In this document: positions 30,201 through 37,058 of the stretch, piece after piece
Layout: each line of letters starts with the position of its first letter
Numbering within the stretch: the stretch's first letter is position 1
From: a virus
Taxonomy: Duplodnaviria > Caudoviricetes
Strand: one strand, 5' to 3'
Virus record (IMG/VR): IMGVR_UViG_3300023105_000066
Coordinates: 1 to 41,249 of that record
DNA length: 41,249 nucleotides
Made by a program: the position numbers and the translations under genes
Notes under the pieces: model-generated
The model's input: the letters and a program-made list of their open reading frames with translations, nothing else
Told to the model about the DNA's origin: nothing
Databases searched by the model: none

Positions 30201-30500
30201 TCTTATTTGGATGTGGATATATATAAGATGCAGAGCAAACGTATTAAAGAAAGAAAAGTGAAAGATGGTAGAAAGAGATATTTGAATTCGAGTGCGAAGA
30301 TTAATTCAATACGAACTGAAGGGTTCACTTGGAATATTAGTGATCTAAATAGCTTTAACACTAATTATGTTTCGTCAAATAATGATGGACGAATGAGTAT
30401 AACTCATAACGTGAATGTCGCCGAAATTTTAGATGATTTTCGAGTTGTAAATGCTAATACAACTCACGCTGGTTTATATCATCAGTTATTAGATGTATGA
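21249..30500 (+). CDS. gp7: Giant gp7-like baseplate wedge initiator with about 2400-aa C-terminal extension
   Basis: IEGQLPSYF.EQYPQF..FV.EYYNFLE, DYYKNRGTENSY..FFRIFF.E.IELYYPK.DILK.SD, DNYYYQWYSYEI...LHPAGF; located between gp6 and gp8. Confidence 0.85.
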   Translation: MTTPKDLIEGQLPSYFLEQYPQFTKFVQEYYNFLESNVVVLQDNLSLEAGDIIYGSLSKAKGIVKIVTEDRVYFDYETKDNSFYQNELLVNGFTGEIYFTLKLFKNIFQYMSDIEENNVYETSYTIFQKYFKRNITLDHSIFRRLDPKTLTKRILDYYKNRGTENSYYWFFRIFFDESIELYYPKVDILKLSDSGYYRENLIEINFQSNASLFTGTRIYGKTSKASAIARQVVSKTYKGKVRIYLDLVYMNGRFVDGDQITAYNTITSEPVVAGSVKESIVDLEILDGGIGHQVGDRFSFNDGRAEITKVKEYSITKVNVNNVGLCYSVGDPVVFDNAFTGATAYAEAYVEEIDINNTLTSYFNNRFNILANQSVSHFANVNMNQPLFPGAGQNAGDSSIETILPAGMFPTYAVGGIKSIRFEKSGLNYNFAPPTKVINQLPETQSVIVFDVYFKSDPATQTELDKLDPATTVDIGEVVGGIDVYLDSAFYVEDVTIQGASITIGGLTFGSEDFVAKRFVTGRSQTDLENKPAAFMTFTDAGGNTVRLDVEDTVGIQPLNNTAEVESVLGDGIAGFKILEPGLSAEDYHPIVFREPRHLITFNDPKIQHGLDGSLGYIYDVHHNPYEEYKNTQSQLSWDKYFFDNYYYQWYSYEIITKLPASKIEPLLLDELHPAGFLAFVRNKFEDELKHRIQTFELPEIEIESQGYCTSVIYPYMEQEWENFGELTISQILQKEIETDLMHYEKVGVEERVEIDVDGIANIYEAFKYYIDDSVIPPDMSLARSPWRYTSTDKHFGSAAASDRRRDIVQRTIKEEQILISAVDKSFFEFNEIEQICKVFKRHHHIDPHLGLVYDPEFATDEEIVKVMMYMYSNEYNTYFDPKKLFVSLSAFEINQYKDLLGDYYKRIISALVEVSPGVYNLECGVNREFKDSRPNYLDNIVEPHISTNNMTYDLLMAVQSFSKLINVEDKANWIAETIGTRSGPIDTFKDKTIHQHRVDLADIKTYVTGSNPGGMIIARDPFTAVISSANTLGATFGNTSIHFANSLGNWTQSVYAVSADLSSIDIRFNTTNITYAYTQATAFMPIVTGNSVTKQGSYLPTAEIFTERGWMQFQDLRYGIKVAEVRPDGKVRFAEPLEIYSTQFEGNVYKYTDNNLFSITVISEQELALQDIRNTLYKKKAKDVKLNRTSDGIALVDDLAIAHGALPIVGSIPLKGNVEVHQSRYSGPLFCVNLNNYEAHAKMKFNATDVDMDELELHYIIDNSYTLPEMKTNESRRISVYNDPVTVEIDQQFILPIDIEPIVFDYVNPKGLALHANTANQANFTLTSRYFADKTRDYTMDHYQWVRNPYPEVARTEIFFLNADQKYATGVPYGLVPSIVALPRTMSPSLEHVILAQPKVTIGLLQQKEQFVPYGTEIFHHSNSNTYFSELGFESYQWSEVDVNETFKGAPTNVTDIPESLLLVETYTDYWENLELFNEFGKPTQPVVVQNIQLNVSNTTVSINDTGQLEWQRNYSVLQLNLEDTVTILGFEQIDKNKISQLSFETAIPALKFENNKPATYSKVNLYNVDHYELPEVVAFTELRRLKQYDPDDYIGFEAFDSNVANDPRNRSSQLISTGFVNAFQRNGQHGRLNIPMGFNSLFAGFGDTDSSFDLNTLEYQPGELIVIPKLDFLNITNIDTFKMNPLFDEEDFYVLGDLVVDPNIEINTYFAAEINVQNADVIHKREWKWDFTYDLYSRQEYITEGFKLDASSSDVVIVDQEREFDMMMDAGIWMPDKFLLERELINLEYGYGNRKRPPQTYDDLPLTFDVTKHKMDVNYRLPHKGETFWDRTNFEIKVEIPLYENWYHWDYELTANNVDIRATLISGGQYPELSYERMVKDTANSVYTVLTPTFEVNILDRYLFFDYDQKIKNDYRDWTKKYFEPWLSARSKDWLGDLNYTAQAFSEPTIYLAPMEKKTPIVHYVETVRESNTVFLDATSIDDERMDVIHVDFHVEDRNIYFQTTDIIAPWVRTRIYDWFDSKFAEYFGDKIPTVKVTVVPTISTDFTYSNIPTYETSTTLYFPNTTYLEATTTITPPHLQFKSRQVIRDRNRLFAKDRIVTTFWLNDQIRNAFIPQEIVEYYKDALPGVQATPFPVISYTMPIANTPTYNYFNDGTGFEFDQIIYHPNTVFYDSTSSLHKEDNIKIDQAIVNRNTTFALMDVYHHRWGKRYIKEFMKTAIRLRDWGKDTIPSATAVPEPKIIYKPQLYYHYPNQTGQRNVDDSFEGSNFSEDVSDYYIQDTVVPLGNTIFIDASGYLKEDNEIESDFFVQDSFSTFGLSGVMDWRWFNVRIKEFMKKFIILRYWAEDTIPSVTVIPQPEIEYYPQIYFHYGPNSKDQYVDENFEGSNFSWDVSDYYIQETIVPIGNTTYLELTSEGYGETKVKEDVNIKNSFDVFALNKKITPFLNYFISGGQKVQKIQDWGGEAIPSVVATSFPNINYSPQLYGHYDQAISQFVDDSPDHKAPQHDIQHYYSIETTLYSNTAPFADVTATAEYPRLAVHTEKDSFSRQKFLARRDRVWGSYMYDEIIEDYLLTTLHDYNLQHMPQVRAVSIPNIIYKPQLYGHYDQAISQHIDDSLEGLIPRQSIQKYFSSDFVLPDTIGTTLYMSGDAQIEFNQIYTEKDHISDRFIVRANEVIANKFEQRIEDYEKFIFAIQYGEITRTAKTNTYGEATIVIPREITNPEHLEKPYASPFLEKAETILTDTPTSMIDAGIYAETTIVEYTKFDDMRVDETFLNLNNEITDEFLDKPITHRELIKQTRADLLRAHHTVDATPYYTFSMYNEFGEEGQLKDILQTKLKEVTTTLYNEAEFVDGTLHIDRDFTFEFEYTIDVKTSEQVVGLDQPITERGLGRLINDRSWNWDIVGKLSESLHSPDLETMVNQVFEMKEIRFDLDSNTSISTTYNLENNIETPFNVFSEPLINNINSKMLKGDDMLISNYFDSYLDVDIYKMQSKRIKERKVKDGRKRYLNSSAKINSIRTEGFTWNISDLNSFNTNYVSSNNDGRMSITHNVNVAEILDDFRVVNANTTHAGLYHQLLDV
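24399..24971 (+). other. Degenerate intein/Hint-like region inside gp7
   Basis: Block A-like SYLPTAEIFTERGWMQFQDL (24540 onward) and block F-like YSGPLFCVNL (24924). Upstream lie block F/G-like WTQSVYAVS...IDIRFN...IVTGNS (24399-24524). Confidence 0.7.
27150..29330 (+). repeat. About six diverged tandem protein repeats of roughly 105-120 aa in the gp7 extension
   Basis: Recurrent (D/E)xIPxVx(A/V)xxxPxIxY and NTx(F/Y)x(D/E) motifs. DNA copies GTGATTATTATATTCAAGA at 28078/28435 (357 nt apart) and CATTACGACCAAGCAATTAGTCA at 28713/29067 (354 nt apart). Boundaries approximate. Confidence 0.8.
30137..30153 (+). promoter_or_regulatory. Tandem candidate late promoters AATAAATA / CATAAATA near the 3' end of gp7
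   Basis: Two NATAAATA boxes 9 nt apart, about 380 nt upstream of gp8. Confidence 0.4.
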
Positions 30501-30530
30501 GATTTTAATAAAATTTAAAAGGAGAAAAAG

Positions 30531-33380
30531 ATGCCCGCATTAGTGCATACTACTTTTCGTGTTAGTAACGCAAAACAATTCAAAGAAAGTTTTGAAGAAA
30601 AAACTGAGCATGGTGTAGGTGGTTATATTCCAATGTCAATGATGTATATTGACCCAATTACATTGGAGCCAAGTTTAACAACTGACATCAATACACAAGC
30701 TAAAAAAGATGCTGTAAATGACATTCCATTCTACGCTTTAGATGATCAAATGTATTTGTTCATTGGCCGGGTATCTGCTTGGAATTCTCGAGATACTCCC
30801 GACGGTTCAATTGATCCAAACATCAACGAGAACAATCCTCCATACCCAGTTGATAGCATGAAAGATGCTCACTTCAATCACTGGGATGATATGATTGCTG
30901 CGAAGAAAGTATCAGCAAAAGAAGTCTCTCATGTAATCAAGCGAGAGCGTGCAGACGAAATCAAAGAAGGTGTCCGTAACTGGACCCGAGGTATGCGATA
31001 TGATACCTATGATGACCGTGCTGACAATCTGTTTGATGATGATATTATGATTCACACTGTAAACGAAAGATTCCGTGTTTACAAGTGTATCAAGCAAGGT
31101 GTTGGTCGTTTCGTTACACTGCAAGATACTGCTTTTGCTGCCGGTGTAAGTGGTATTGATGCTGAATATCTTGATACGACTACTGATGCTACACAACCAA
31201 TCATGTATCTATGGGACCATGCTTCATATCGTGAACCAAAAAATACAATCATGGAATCAGGTGTTTCTGAAGATTTCATGACTGTCGGTGGTGACTTCCA
31301 AGATGGTTATCAGTGGAAGTATTACTACACAATTGATGCGGGCGAAGCTTTGAAGTTTGTAACAACTTCTTATATTCCAGTTCGAACCATTCGCAAAGAA
31401 AATGGTTCAAGAGAAGATGATTTCTCTGATCAATGGAAAGTTGAAGAAGCATCACTACCTGGTGGAATTATGAACGTTCTTGTAGATAAAGTTCCAATTG
31501 AAGGAACAGACGGAACAGTTTATGGTTACGAATTGACTGGTGGTGGAGTTGGTTACATTAATGCTCACGTAGCAAATACCTCAGGACAAATTAACTGGGA
31601 CGGTACCAACATGACATTTAAAGTTGGTCAAGGAGTCCAAGGAAAAACAAATGCTGCTACCGAAATGAGTCTAAGCGACACAACTCAACTTTGGCCTGAG
31701 CCTTTTGCAAAACATGCGAATCAACTCAATGATAATCAATTTAAGTTTGACATAGCGGGAACTCCTCTTGGAGATTTGTTTAATGGAGACCCTTCAGTTG
31801 CCGCAGTAGCAACTGAAGTTGACAACTTTCTTAAAAACTATGGTATTGTAATTACCGAATATCCTGGTGGCCCAGCTACTCCCGCCGAACGAGAAATTCT
31901 TAGTCGATATGTATTCCCAATTGAAAGTGCTGCTTTCAACGGCGGTGCTGGTAACGCTTCATTAGAATTGCAGATTAACGCAGATTGGATATCAGAAAGA
32001 ATAAGAGATGCTGATTTTGGAGCTTCAACCATTGAAGGATTAGGGGCTGTTGGTAATCTCACTAACGAACCGATAGCATTTTCAATTCATCCAAAAGTAA
32101 ACATTCAAACAAATCACCAAGCATCAACTGTTTGTGATCGAACTGATTCCTTTGAAGCTTATGCTATTTGTGAGCCTTTCTTTGATTGGGATGGAACTGG
32201 AGTAGGTGCTGTATATGGAGGACCAAAGTCTTACTGGCAAGGAAGTCTTGGTCGTGTAGTTGATGTACGTGTAGTAAATCCAGGTCGTTTCCATTATCGC
32301 ATTGATGCTGCTTGGGTAGCACCTCAAGTTGATCCTTCAACTGCGGTAGGTTCTGCCGAAGCTTGGAATAGTCGTGTATGGGATTGGGCTACTGAGTTTG
32401 CGGGTGGAAAATTAGATGGTCATTCAGGTACTTTGATGACCTCAGTTTCTGGTAAAGCACTTGCAAATCCAAAAGTCTTTGCTTGTATTCCTCCTGTTGG
32501 TGGTCACGGATTTGATCCAGTTTCCGAATTTGGCGGATTCAATGTCATGATTAACGCTCGCTTTGAAGGAACAGAAGCTGACGAATTCACAGTTGGTAAC
32601 GAATTCCGAAAGATTGGTATTCTGAAGAATCCTCTTTCTTATGCGAATACACAACCAGGTGCGGGTTATTCCGAAACTGCGGTAAGAAATGATTTGAATG
32701 CCCTTTGGATGGGTGATGGTGATTACACAAATCTGTTCCGTGGTTATAAAACAGACCAGTGCTATCGTATCAATCTTGCTGATGATAGTTTTAAAGTAGG
32801 TGATACATCGGGAGGCGCACCTTCATCAAATGTATTGTTCTTTGAACCAGATATGGAAGTTGCTTTCTATATGCATAAAGAACTTGCTGCAGCGCCAGAT
32901 TGGGAATCATCAACTCGCTACAATGGCATAACGAAGAAGACATATACACATCCAGGTGCCGATACTGCTGCCCCAGCAAATGAACTTGGTCGCTCACAGC
33001 CAGCTAATCCTGCTACAGGTAATCATACCTCAAAGGGAGATTATATTGCTCGAGCTAAACTTGTTGACCATGATAAAATCAACAAGCGAATTCGTGTAAT
33101 CAAACCACGTGATGACTTCTACACTGTTCTTCAAGGAACACCTTTTGATCCGCTGGCTCCTCCTGGAACACCAGCTGCTGTTCGTATTGAAGTTCGTTCA
33201 ATTACACCTCACTCTGTAGAAGGTGACAATGTGTTTGCCGCTTCTCTTCAAACAGTAAACACTGCTGAAGAACCAGGTATGTTACCAGGTTCCGGACATA
33301 TTCTGTATGTTGAGAATCGTTCAATGGTGTCTCGATCTCAGAACCAGACGGAAGATCTTAAGATCTCAATCCAGTTTTGA
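30531..33380 (+). CDS. gp8: Baseplate wedge subunit gp8 (enlarged)
   Basis: MPALV...FR..NAKQF.ESF, YLFIGR, VYKCI, DGYQWKY, GGHGFDPVSEFGGFNVMI, FRKIGILKNP, SGHILYVENR...RS.NQTEDLKISIQF; RBS AAGGAG at 30519-30524. Confidence 0.9.
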   Translation: MPALVHTTFRVSNAKQFKESFEEKTEHGVGGYIPMSMMYIDPITLEPSLTTDINTQAKKDAVNDIPFYALDDQMYLFIGRVSAWNSRDTPDGSIDPNINENNPPYPVDSMKDAHFNHWDDMIAAKKVSAKEVSHVIKRERADEIKEGVRNWTRGMRYDTYDDRADNLFDDDIMIHTVNERFRVYKCIKQGVGRFVTLQDTAFAAGVSGIDAEYLDTTTDATQPIMYLWDHASYREPKNTIMESGVSEDFMTVGGDFQDGYQWKYYYTIDAGEALKFVTTSYIPVRTIRKENGSREDDFSDQWKVEEASLPGGIMNVLVDKVPIEGTDGTVYGYELTGGGVGYINAHVANTSGQINWDGTNMTFKVGQGVQGKTNAATEMSLSDTTQLWPEPFAKHANQLNDNQFKFDIAGTPLGDLFNGDPSVAAVATEVDNFLKNYGIVITEYPGGPATPAEREILSRYVFPIESAAFNGGAGNASLELQINADWISERIRDADFGASTIEGLGAVGNLTNEPIAFSIHPKVNIQTNHQASTVCDRTDSFEAYAICEPFFDWDGTGVGAVYGGPKSYWQGSLGRVVDVRVVNPGRFHYRIDAAWVAPQVDPSTAVGSAEAWNSRVWDWATEFAGGKLDGHSGTLMTSVSGKALANPKVFACIPPVGGHGFDPVSEFGGFNVMINARFEGTEADEFTVGNEFRKIGILKNPLSYANTQPGAGYSETAVRNDLNALWMGDGDYTNLFRGYKTDQCYRINLADDSFKVGDTSGGAPSSNVLFFEPDMEVAFYMHKELAAAPDWESSTRYNGITKKTYTHPGADTAAPANELGRSQPANPATGNHTSKGDYIARAKLVDHDKINKRIRVIKPRDDFYTVLQGTPFDPLAPPGTPAAVRIEVRSITPHSVEGDNVFAASLQTVNTAEEPGMLPGSGHILYVENRSMVSRSQNQTEDLKISIQF

Positions 33381-33419
33381 GTCATCTTTCGCTTTTTTAA
33401 GCGAGTTAGTGAACAACAG

Positions 33420-33453
33420 AAAAGCCAGCAACTTGACATTGCTGGCTTTTTTT
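33420..33453. terminator. Intrinsic terminator, probably bidirectional
   Basis: Perfect 12-bp stem AAAAGCCAGCAA/TTGCTGGCTTTT with a 7-nt loop and a T7 tail on the plus strand, between convergent gp8 and the endonuclease gene. Confidence 0.9.
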
Positions 33454-34075
33454 AGGCCCTCACGTCCTTGCGAGGTTTTGTGCCAGTGTTTCGTTCTTTG
33501 ATGTCCTTGCACTTTTCGCCATGTTCTCCGTGAAACCTTTTCATGTTTGAAGCACCACCCGTCACACCACATGTTGGGCATGTAAAGTCTGCTTGTCTTC
33601 CCGTCTTTCTTTTCTTAGCATTCCCGCAATTCTCACCATGATATCGTTTGAAATGATTTATACTACCCTCTGTTTTACACTTCAAGCATGATATTCTCGG
33701 TCTTTTTAGTCCAGTAAGCGACTCACTAATCTGAATCTTTTCATGTTCGGGCCTCGGATGATTGTAACCGCCACCCTCACCACCTTCAGTCATGTTATAG
33801 CCTTCACCGAGAAAAGTATTGTAATGAGCAATCCAATACTTTTCTAAACGATTTTTCTCATCCTTATCATAACATTGATCAATCTGTTCAATCTGAAAAC
33901 GAAGAGGACCATGCTTGCGAATAGCTCGATGAAAGTGATATTCTGAGCCATGATTGGCAGAATTGATGTGGGCCTTCAACCGATCCTCAACACAAGGCTT
34001 ATCTGTCCAGCCTATGTATAGCTTGTGATTGTTGAGATTTGTGACTTTATAAATGCGATATATAATAGTAGACAT
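33452..34075 (-). CDS. Free-standing GIY-YIG (Seg-like) homing endonuclease with C-terminal Zn-finger-like repeats
   Basis: RIYKVTN..NHKLYIGWT, R.KAH, FHRAIRKHG...F, E.YWI..YNT...GYNMTEGGEG, NUMOD3-like KIQISESLTG, and two CxxC...KRxHGE..C units. Confidence 0.88.
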   Translation of the reverse strand: MSTIIYRIYKVTNLNNHKLYIGWTDKPCVEDRLKAHINSANHGSEYHFHRAIRKHGPLRFQIEQIDQCYDKDEKNRLEKYWIAHYNTFLGEGYNMTEGGEGGGYNHPRPEHEKIQISESLTGLKRPRISCLKCKTEGSINHFKRYHGENCGNAKKRKTGRQADFTCPTCGVTGGASNMKRFHGEHGEKCKDIKERNTGTKPRKDVRA

Positions 34076-34088
34076 GACTCTTACTCGT

Positions 34089-34150
34089 TCTAAGGGTTGT
34101 GTTTAGAGGATGTCAGAGACTGCAATCTCTGACGTTCTTGTTTATTTAAT
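34089..34150 (-). promoter_or_regulatory. Late-promoter-like box (ATTAAATA) and leader hairpins of the endonuclease gene
   Basis: TATTTAAT at 34143-34150; inverted repeat GTCAGAGA/TCTCTGAC at 34112-34133; TCTAA/TTAGA at 34089-34107. Confidence 0.6.
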
Positions 34151-34260
34151 AATATATATCAAATTTAGATCGATGACACCACAAGACTCAAGAAGACCAA
34201 ATCCCCAAGAAAATTCAGATGCTTGGCAAAGGACAGGCGGTGAATTTGTCTCAGGCCCTC

Positions 34261-34291
34261 CGCCGGAAAAACCGTCGACGCCGGAAAAACC
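34261..34291. repeat. Perfect 13-bp direct repeat CGCCGGAAAAACC x2
   Basis: Copies at 34261-34273 and 34279-34291, separated by GTCGA (18-nt period). Confidence 0.9.
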
Positions 34292-34567
34292 TTAGGAAAG
34301 ATGTTGGTCAAGGACATAACCTTCGGGCATTATTTCACGAAGTTCTTTTTTATGTCTTCGGCTGTCGCAGAGTTTTTTGAAGGATTGAATAACGATGGTG
34401 CTTGTTGTGAATTTGAACCACCATGGGAAGAACGCATGGAATATACCAAGAACACCACCACCAATAAGGATTGAAGAATTAATAAAAGCAAACTTTCCAT
34501 GTTGCCAGTATGTTTGAGGATTTTCAGTTTCTCTTACATGTTCAGTAAGTTTGTAAAAATCAATCAT
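34292..34567 (-). CDS. DUF6356-like small membrane-associated protein
   Basis: TEH......QTYWQH..FA.........G...IFHAFFP..F..TTS..V pattern, recalled as DUF6356; ATGA-coupled to the upstream gene. Confidence 0.7.
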   Translation of the reverse strand: MIDFYKLTEHVRETENPQTYWQHGKFAFINSSILIGGGVLGIFHAFFPWWFKFTTSTIVIQSFKKLCDSRRHKKELREIMPEGYVLDQHLS

Positions 34568-36468
34568 GATGTGACCACAGGTGCGCCATTGATGAATACA
34601 CCACTCGCATTTACAGTAAGAATAGTTCCGCCTGCAATCACTTTGATTGTTTGAGCCTCGCCTAATTCACCAGCACCAGTAGCTCCACCACTTCCTAAAA
34701 GAATCGCAGAACCAAGAGCATCTCTTTCGAGCAATGGTTCAATTGCTGTTGTGAACATGTAAGGACCTTCTACATAACCATCATCAACGTAAGCAGAATA
34801 TGCTTGCTGACCGACAGATTCACCAGTGACAACACCACCCGCTACAATATAGGCAGCAAATAGATTTGCTGTTTCAATATCAGTTGAAGTAACTACAGCA
34901 GCATCAATAACGGCTGAACCCGAAGTGAAAGCATTATCCACATAATCTTTAATACCTGCTGTAGTAGCGAGAGTGTTGTGATTTGTTGTGGTTGAAGTAA
35001 TTGCTGTTGCGATATCATTTACAACTTGACCATTTTCAAGTCGAAGTGATTTGAATTGTGCTTCGAGAGAAACATCTGTAAGTAGATTGTAAACAGCATT
35101 TGCTGTGACTAATGTAGTATCATTGATTGTTGAGAAATCAGTTGCGATTGAATTGACAACAACATTCCCACCAGGACCCGCACCAGGAAATGAAATTGTA
35201 TTTGCGGTAATTGGTAGAGCAGGAACAGAAGCAGTTGCTCCTGTGAGTAAATTATAGATACCAGTTGTTGTCGCAATTGTTGTATTGTTTGTATTTGCTG
35301 GATCAATCACATAAGTAATTGCGTTGACCGAATAACCAGCAAGAGTGAACAATGAATTTGCGCTAACAGATTCTACATTTCCTGAACCCAAGAATTTGTG
35401 AATCGCATTTGGTGTAGGTAATGTATGGTCATTGATTGTATCAATATCAAGAGCAATTGAATTGATTGTATTACCAGATAATGTAAATGTATTTGAAGAA
35501 ATGTCACTGAAGGTAGTTACATTATTCGCAACAATATTATTTGAGAAGAATGTATTTGTTGAAACTTGGTCAAAAGTTCCAGTGTTTGCTTGAATGTTTA
35601 AAGTATAGTCACCACTTTGAAGATAATCCGAAACAGCAAGTGTTGTTGGTAATGTGTTACCAAGAATAATATCAAAATCATCTCGAATTGAATCAATTGT
35701 ATGTCCCTGAATTTTTAAGCTAATTCCTTCTAATGTTCGAATATCATCATCAAGTCCACCTAGATAATCATTGATTGCTTTTGCTGTGACAAGTGTATCG
35801 TGGTCAAGTGTGTTAAAATTATTGGCAATCTTTGTGACTGCATGACCACCAAGAGTCAACTTGTTTAATTGTATAGTTGGTAACGGACCACCACCACCAT
35901 TCAACCAATCAAAAATTGATTGAACTGTTGGTATTCTCGTATGGTCAACCACCCAAAAATCTTTGCTAATTTTTTGAACTGAATGACCACCCATTGTTAA
36001 AGAAGTTGTGTGTAAATTCAATTGATTAGCATGAGATCGAATACCTGACAAATAATCAATCATTGAATTTGCGGTGAACAATTGATCATAATCATCAGCA
36101 GGATCCATAAAATCTTGGATTACAGTTGAATACTTATATCCATCATCAAATTCAATTGAATTGACATTCAAGTCCAGACGAAGAGCAGAACCTCCTGTTA
36201 ACAAATCATAAATTGCTTTACTTGTCACAAGAGAATTGTGATTGTTTGTGTTAAAATCTGTATAAATTTGATTTGCTGTAGCACCTCCCATTGACAACTC
36301 AGTCAAATCAACTTGTTCAAGAACTAATGAATTGGCTGAATTATATCTCGCTAAAGCACCAGGTGTTCCTGTTGAATTAGCAGTATTAATTTCACTTACA
36401 AGTTCATTGATTGTAATCAACCATTCATTGAACGTGTTTGCTGGGAAAAGTGGTTCTATATAGCTCAT
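34564..36468 (-). CDS. Repeat-containing fibre/appendage protein
   Basis: N-terminal NTFNEWLITINEL anchor-like motif; nine G..(V/I)..I..DF...(D/N)H.TL.T..AI.DYL.G repeats. Confidence 0.7.
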   Translation of the reverse strand: MSYIEPLFPANTFNEWLITINELVSEINTANSTGTPGALARYNSANSLVLEQVDLTELSMGGATANQIYTDFNTNNHNSLVTSKAIYDLLTGGSALRLDLNVNSIEFDDGYKYSTVIQDFMDPADDYDQLFTANSMIDYLSGIRSHANQLNLHTTSLTMGGHSVQKISKDFWVVDHTRIPTVQSIFDWLNGGGGPLPTIQLNKLTLGGHAVTKIANNFNTLDHDTLVTAKAINDYLGGLDDDIRTLEGISLKIQGHTIDSIRDDFDIILGNTLPTTLAVSDYLQSGDYTLNIQANTGTFDQVSTNTFFSNNIVANNVTTFSDISSNTFTLSGNTINSIALDIDTINDHTLPTPNAIHKFLGSGNVESVSANSLFTLAGYSVNAITYVIDPANTNNTTIATTTGIYNLLTGATASVPALPITANTISFPGAGPGGNVVVNSIATDFSTINDTTLVTANAVYNLLTDVSLEAQFKSLRLENGQVVNDIATAITSTTTNHNTLATTAGIKDYVDNAFTSGSAVIDAAVVTSTDIETANLFAAYIVAGGVVTGESVGQQAYSAYVDDGYVEGPYMFTTAIEPLLERDALGSAILLGSGGATGAGELGEAQTIKVIAGGTILTVNASGVFINGAPVVTS

Positions 36469-36510
36469 GTTTTTCCAATGATTTTCGTTTGAGTTGAAGG
36501 ATTATATGTT

Positions 36511-36528
36511 TATTTATCATACTAAATA
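36511..36528. promoter_or_regulatory. Back-to-back candidate late promoters (GATAAATA on minus, ACTAAATA on plus)
   Basis: TATTTATC at 36511-36518 and ACTAAATA at 36521-36528, in the 92-nt gap between divergent genes. Confidence 0.6.
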
Positions 36529-36560
36529 CTATCTTTATAACCCTACCGACAAGGAGTAAC

Positions 36561-37058
36561 ATGTTCTTTATTCGTATCCTTGTTATGTCTGTGCTGACCG
36601 TTTTCTTGTTTATGCCTACCACCATTAATGCCGAACTTCATTCTGATACAGTATTAGGAAATGGAGAAGTTTATGTAGATATACAACGCAACATTACGAG
36701 AGGTGGTGCCCTTTATCCCATTTTTTATACATCAAAAAACGATTTATATGGCTATCCCATACATGTAATTTGCACTCTACGAGAAGTGCCATACAAAAAA
36801 TTTCTTGTTCGCTTAAAACATCGTTATGACTTTAAAGATATCACTGTCTATGACGACCTGCGAGTTGTGATTTACGAAAATTGGTTTCCATATGATGTGA
36901 AAACAACATACCGAGAAGTCAAAGATTTTGAAATTCACGAATATTGCGAAATTTCCATGGTTACGAATGATGAACGAATGAAGTTCCCTCTTGTCGTTGA
37001 AATTCCCGATGAAACAACACCAATTGGAAATAAATTATTTTGGTTTACCAAGTGGTGA
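36561..37058 (+). CDS. Hypothetical secreted protein
   Basis: RBS AAGGAG at 36551-36556; signal-peptide-like MFFIRILVMSVLTVFLFMPTTINA. Confidence 0.75.
   Translation: MFFIRILVMSVLTVFLFMPTTINAELHSDTVLGNGEVYVDIQRNITRGGALYPIFYTSKNDLYGYPIHVICTLREVPYKKFLVRLKHRYDFKDITVYDDLRVVIYENWFPYDVKTTYREVKDFEIHEYCEISMVTNDERMKFPLVVEIPDETTPIGNKLFWFTKW

Noticed and set aside
33433-33438. TTGACA as a sigma70 -35 box
   Set aside because: It sits in the terminator loop, and no -10 element lies at 16-18 nt spacing.
34110-34295. 61-aa plus-strand ORF
   Set aside because: It runs through the endonuclease leader hairpin and promoter, and the purine tract directly abuts the ATG; more likely non-coding.
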